Source of the DNA: Macrostomum lignano
Lineage: Eukaryota
Assembly: GCA_002269645.1 (NCBI GenBank)
Contig: NIVC01000767.1
Span: 124,001 to 188,000 of the forward strand
Length of the DNA: 64,000 nucleotides
Reading direction: 5' to 3'
The number at the start of each line of letters is the position of its first letter. The stretch's first letter is position 1. The notes below the pieces were generated by a model. It made no database searches and was not told the DNA's origin. It saw nothing but the letters and a program-made list of their open reading frames with translations. The position numbers and the translations under genes are program-made. Shown one piece after another: positions 62,937 through 64,000 of this stretch.

Positions 62937-64000
62937 CGCAATGATGCGGTCCAGTGTCTTGATTTAATTTAGACACAATGATGCGGTCCAGTTTCAATCT
63001 AGCTAGCTACAGACACAATGATGCGGTCTAGTTTCAATCTAGCTAGCTACAGACACAATGATGCGGTCCAGTTTCAATCTAGCTAGCTACAGACACAATG
63101 ATGCGGTCCAGTTTCTAAGAACTAGCTACAGACACAATGATGCGGTCTAGTTTCAATCTAGCTAGCTACAGACACAATGATGCGGTCCAGTTTCAATCTA
63201 GCTAGCTACAGACACAATGATGCGGTCCAGTTTCTAAGAACTAGCTACAGACACAATGATGCGGTCTAGTTTCAATCTAGCTAGCTACAGACACAATGAT
63301 GCGGTCCAGTTTCAATCTAGCTAGCTACAGACACAATGATGCGGTCCAGTTTCTAAGAACTAGCTACAGACACAATGATGTGGTCCAATTTCTATCTAGC
63401 TAGCTACAGACACAATGATGCGGTCCAATTTCTATCTAGCTAGCTAAAGACACAATGATGCGGTCCAGTTTCAATCTAGCTAGCTACAGACACAATGATG
63501 CGGTCTAGTTTCAATCTAGCTAGCTACAGACACAATGATGCAATCCAGTTTCAATCTAGCTAGCTACAGACACAATGATGCGGTCCAGTTTCTAAGAACT
63601 AGCTACAGACACAATGATGCGGTCCAATTTCTATCTAGCTAGCTAAAGACACAATGATGCGGTCCAGTTTCTATCTAGCTAGCTACAGACACAATGATGC
63701 GGTCCAGTTTCTAAGAACTAGCTACAGACACAATGATGCGGTCCAGTTTCTAAGAAACAGCTTCAGACACAATGATGCGGTCCAGTTTCAATCTAGCTAG
63801 CTACAGACACAATGATGCGGTCCAGTTTCTATTTAGCTAGCTACAGACACAATGATGCAATCCAGTTTCAATCTAGCTAGCTACAGACACAATGATGCGG
63901 TCCAGTTTCAATTTAGCTAGCTAAAGACACAATGATACGGTCGAGTTTCTAAGAACTAGCTACAGACACAATGATGCGGTCCAGTTTCAATCTAGCTAGC
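62937..64000. repeat. 40-bp minisatellite after the ZnF exon 2 donor
   Basis: Unit agacacaatgatgcggtccagtttcaatctagctagctac. Confidence 0.96.

Noticed and set aside
26050-64000. Regularly spaced 20-40-bp repeats as CRISPR arrays
   Set aside because: Units are directly adjacent with no unique spacers, there are no cas genes, and the context is eukaryotic.

Overview
This is eukaryotic (metazoan) genomic DNA: short GC/CpG-rich exons with canonical GT-AG junctions sit among introns packed with locus-specific micro- and minisatellites. The style suggests a rhabditophoran flatworm such as Macrostomum, but that is inference, not proven. Five spliced genes were reconstructed by hand from splice sites and intron phase. 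(1) A + strand EVA-1/EVA1C-like type I membrane protein spans 2717-33003, with a signal peptide, two 8-Cys SUEL/Gal-lectin-like domains, a TM helix and a C-terminal SYV motif. (2) SKP1 is on the - strand (38903-40109). (3) RANBP3-like is on the - strand (44063-47153). (4) Golgin-84/GOLGA5 is on the + strand (52831-59330) and has an apparent 1-nt frameshift in its first coding exon. (5) A protein with widely spaced HxxxTGHxxF C2H2 fingers starts at 60839 and runs off the window. Mobile elements: a full-length 4.35-kb Mag-type Ty3/Gypsy retrotransposon with identical 237-bp LTRs inside an intronic 37-bp satellite; two copies of a tRNA-headed SINE with a MIR-like CORE; two hAT-type MITEs with 8-bp TSDs; and a 156-bp palindrome. 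Most long ORFs in the track are artefacts of tandem repeats. The most notable unexplained signals are the near-total CpG void (TpA/CTAG-rich) flanking the divergent RANBP3/GOLGA5 promoter, the missing TSD and mismatched satellite registers around the LTR element, repeat-borne decoy splice acceptors that would yield a secreted lectin isoform, and a possible pair of divergent trans-spliced operons.
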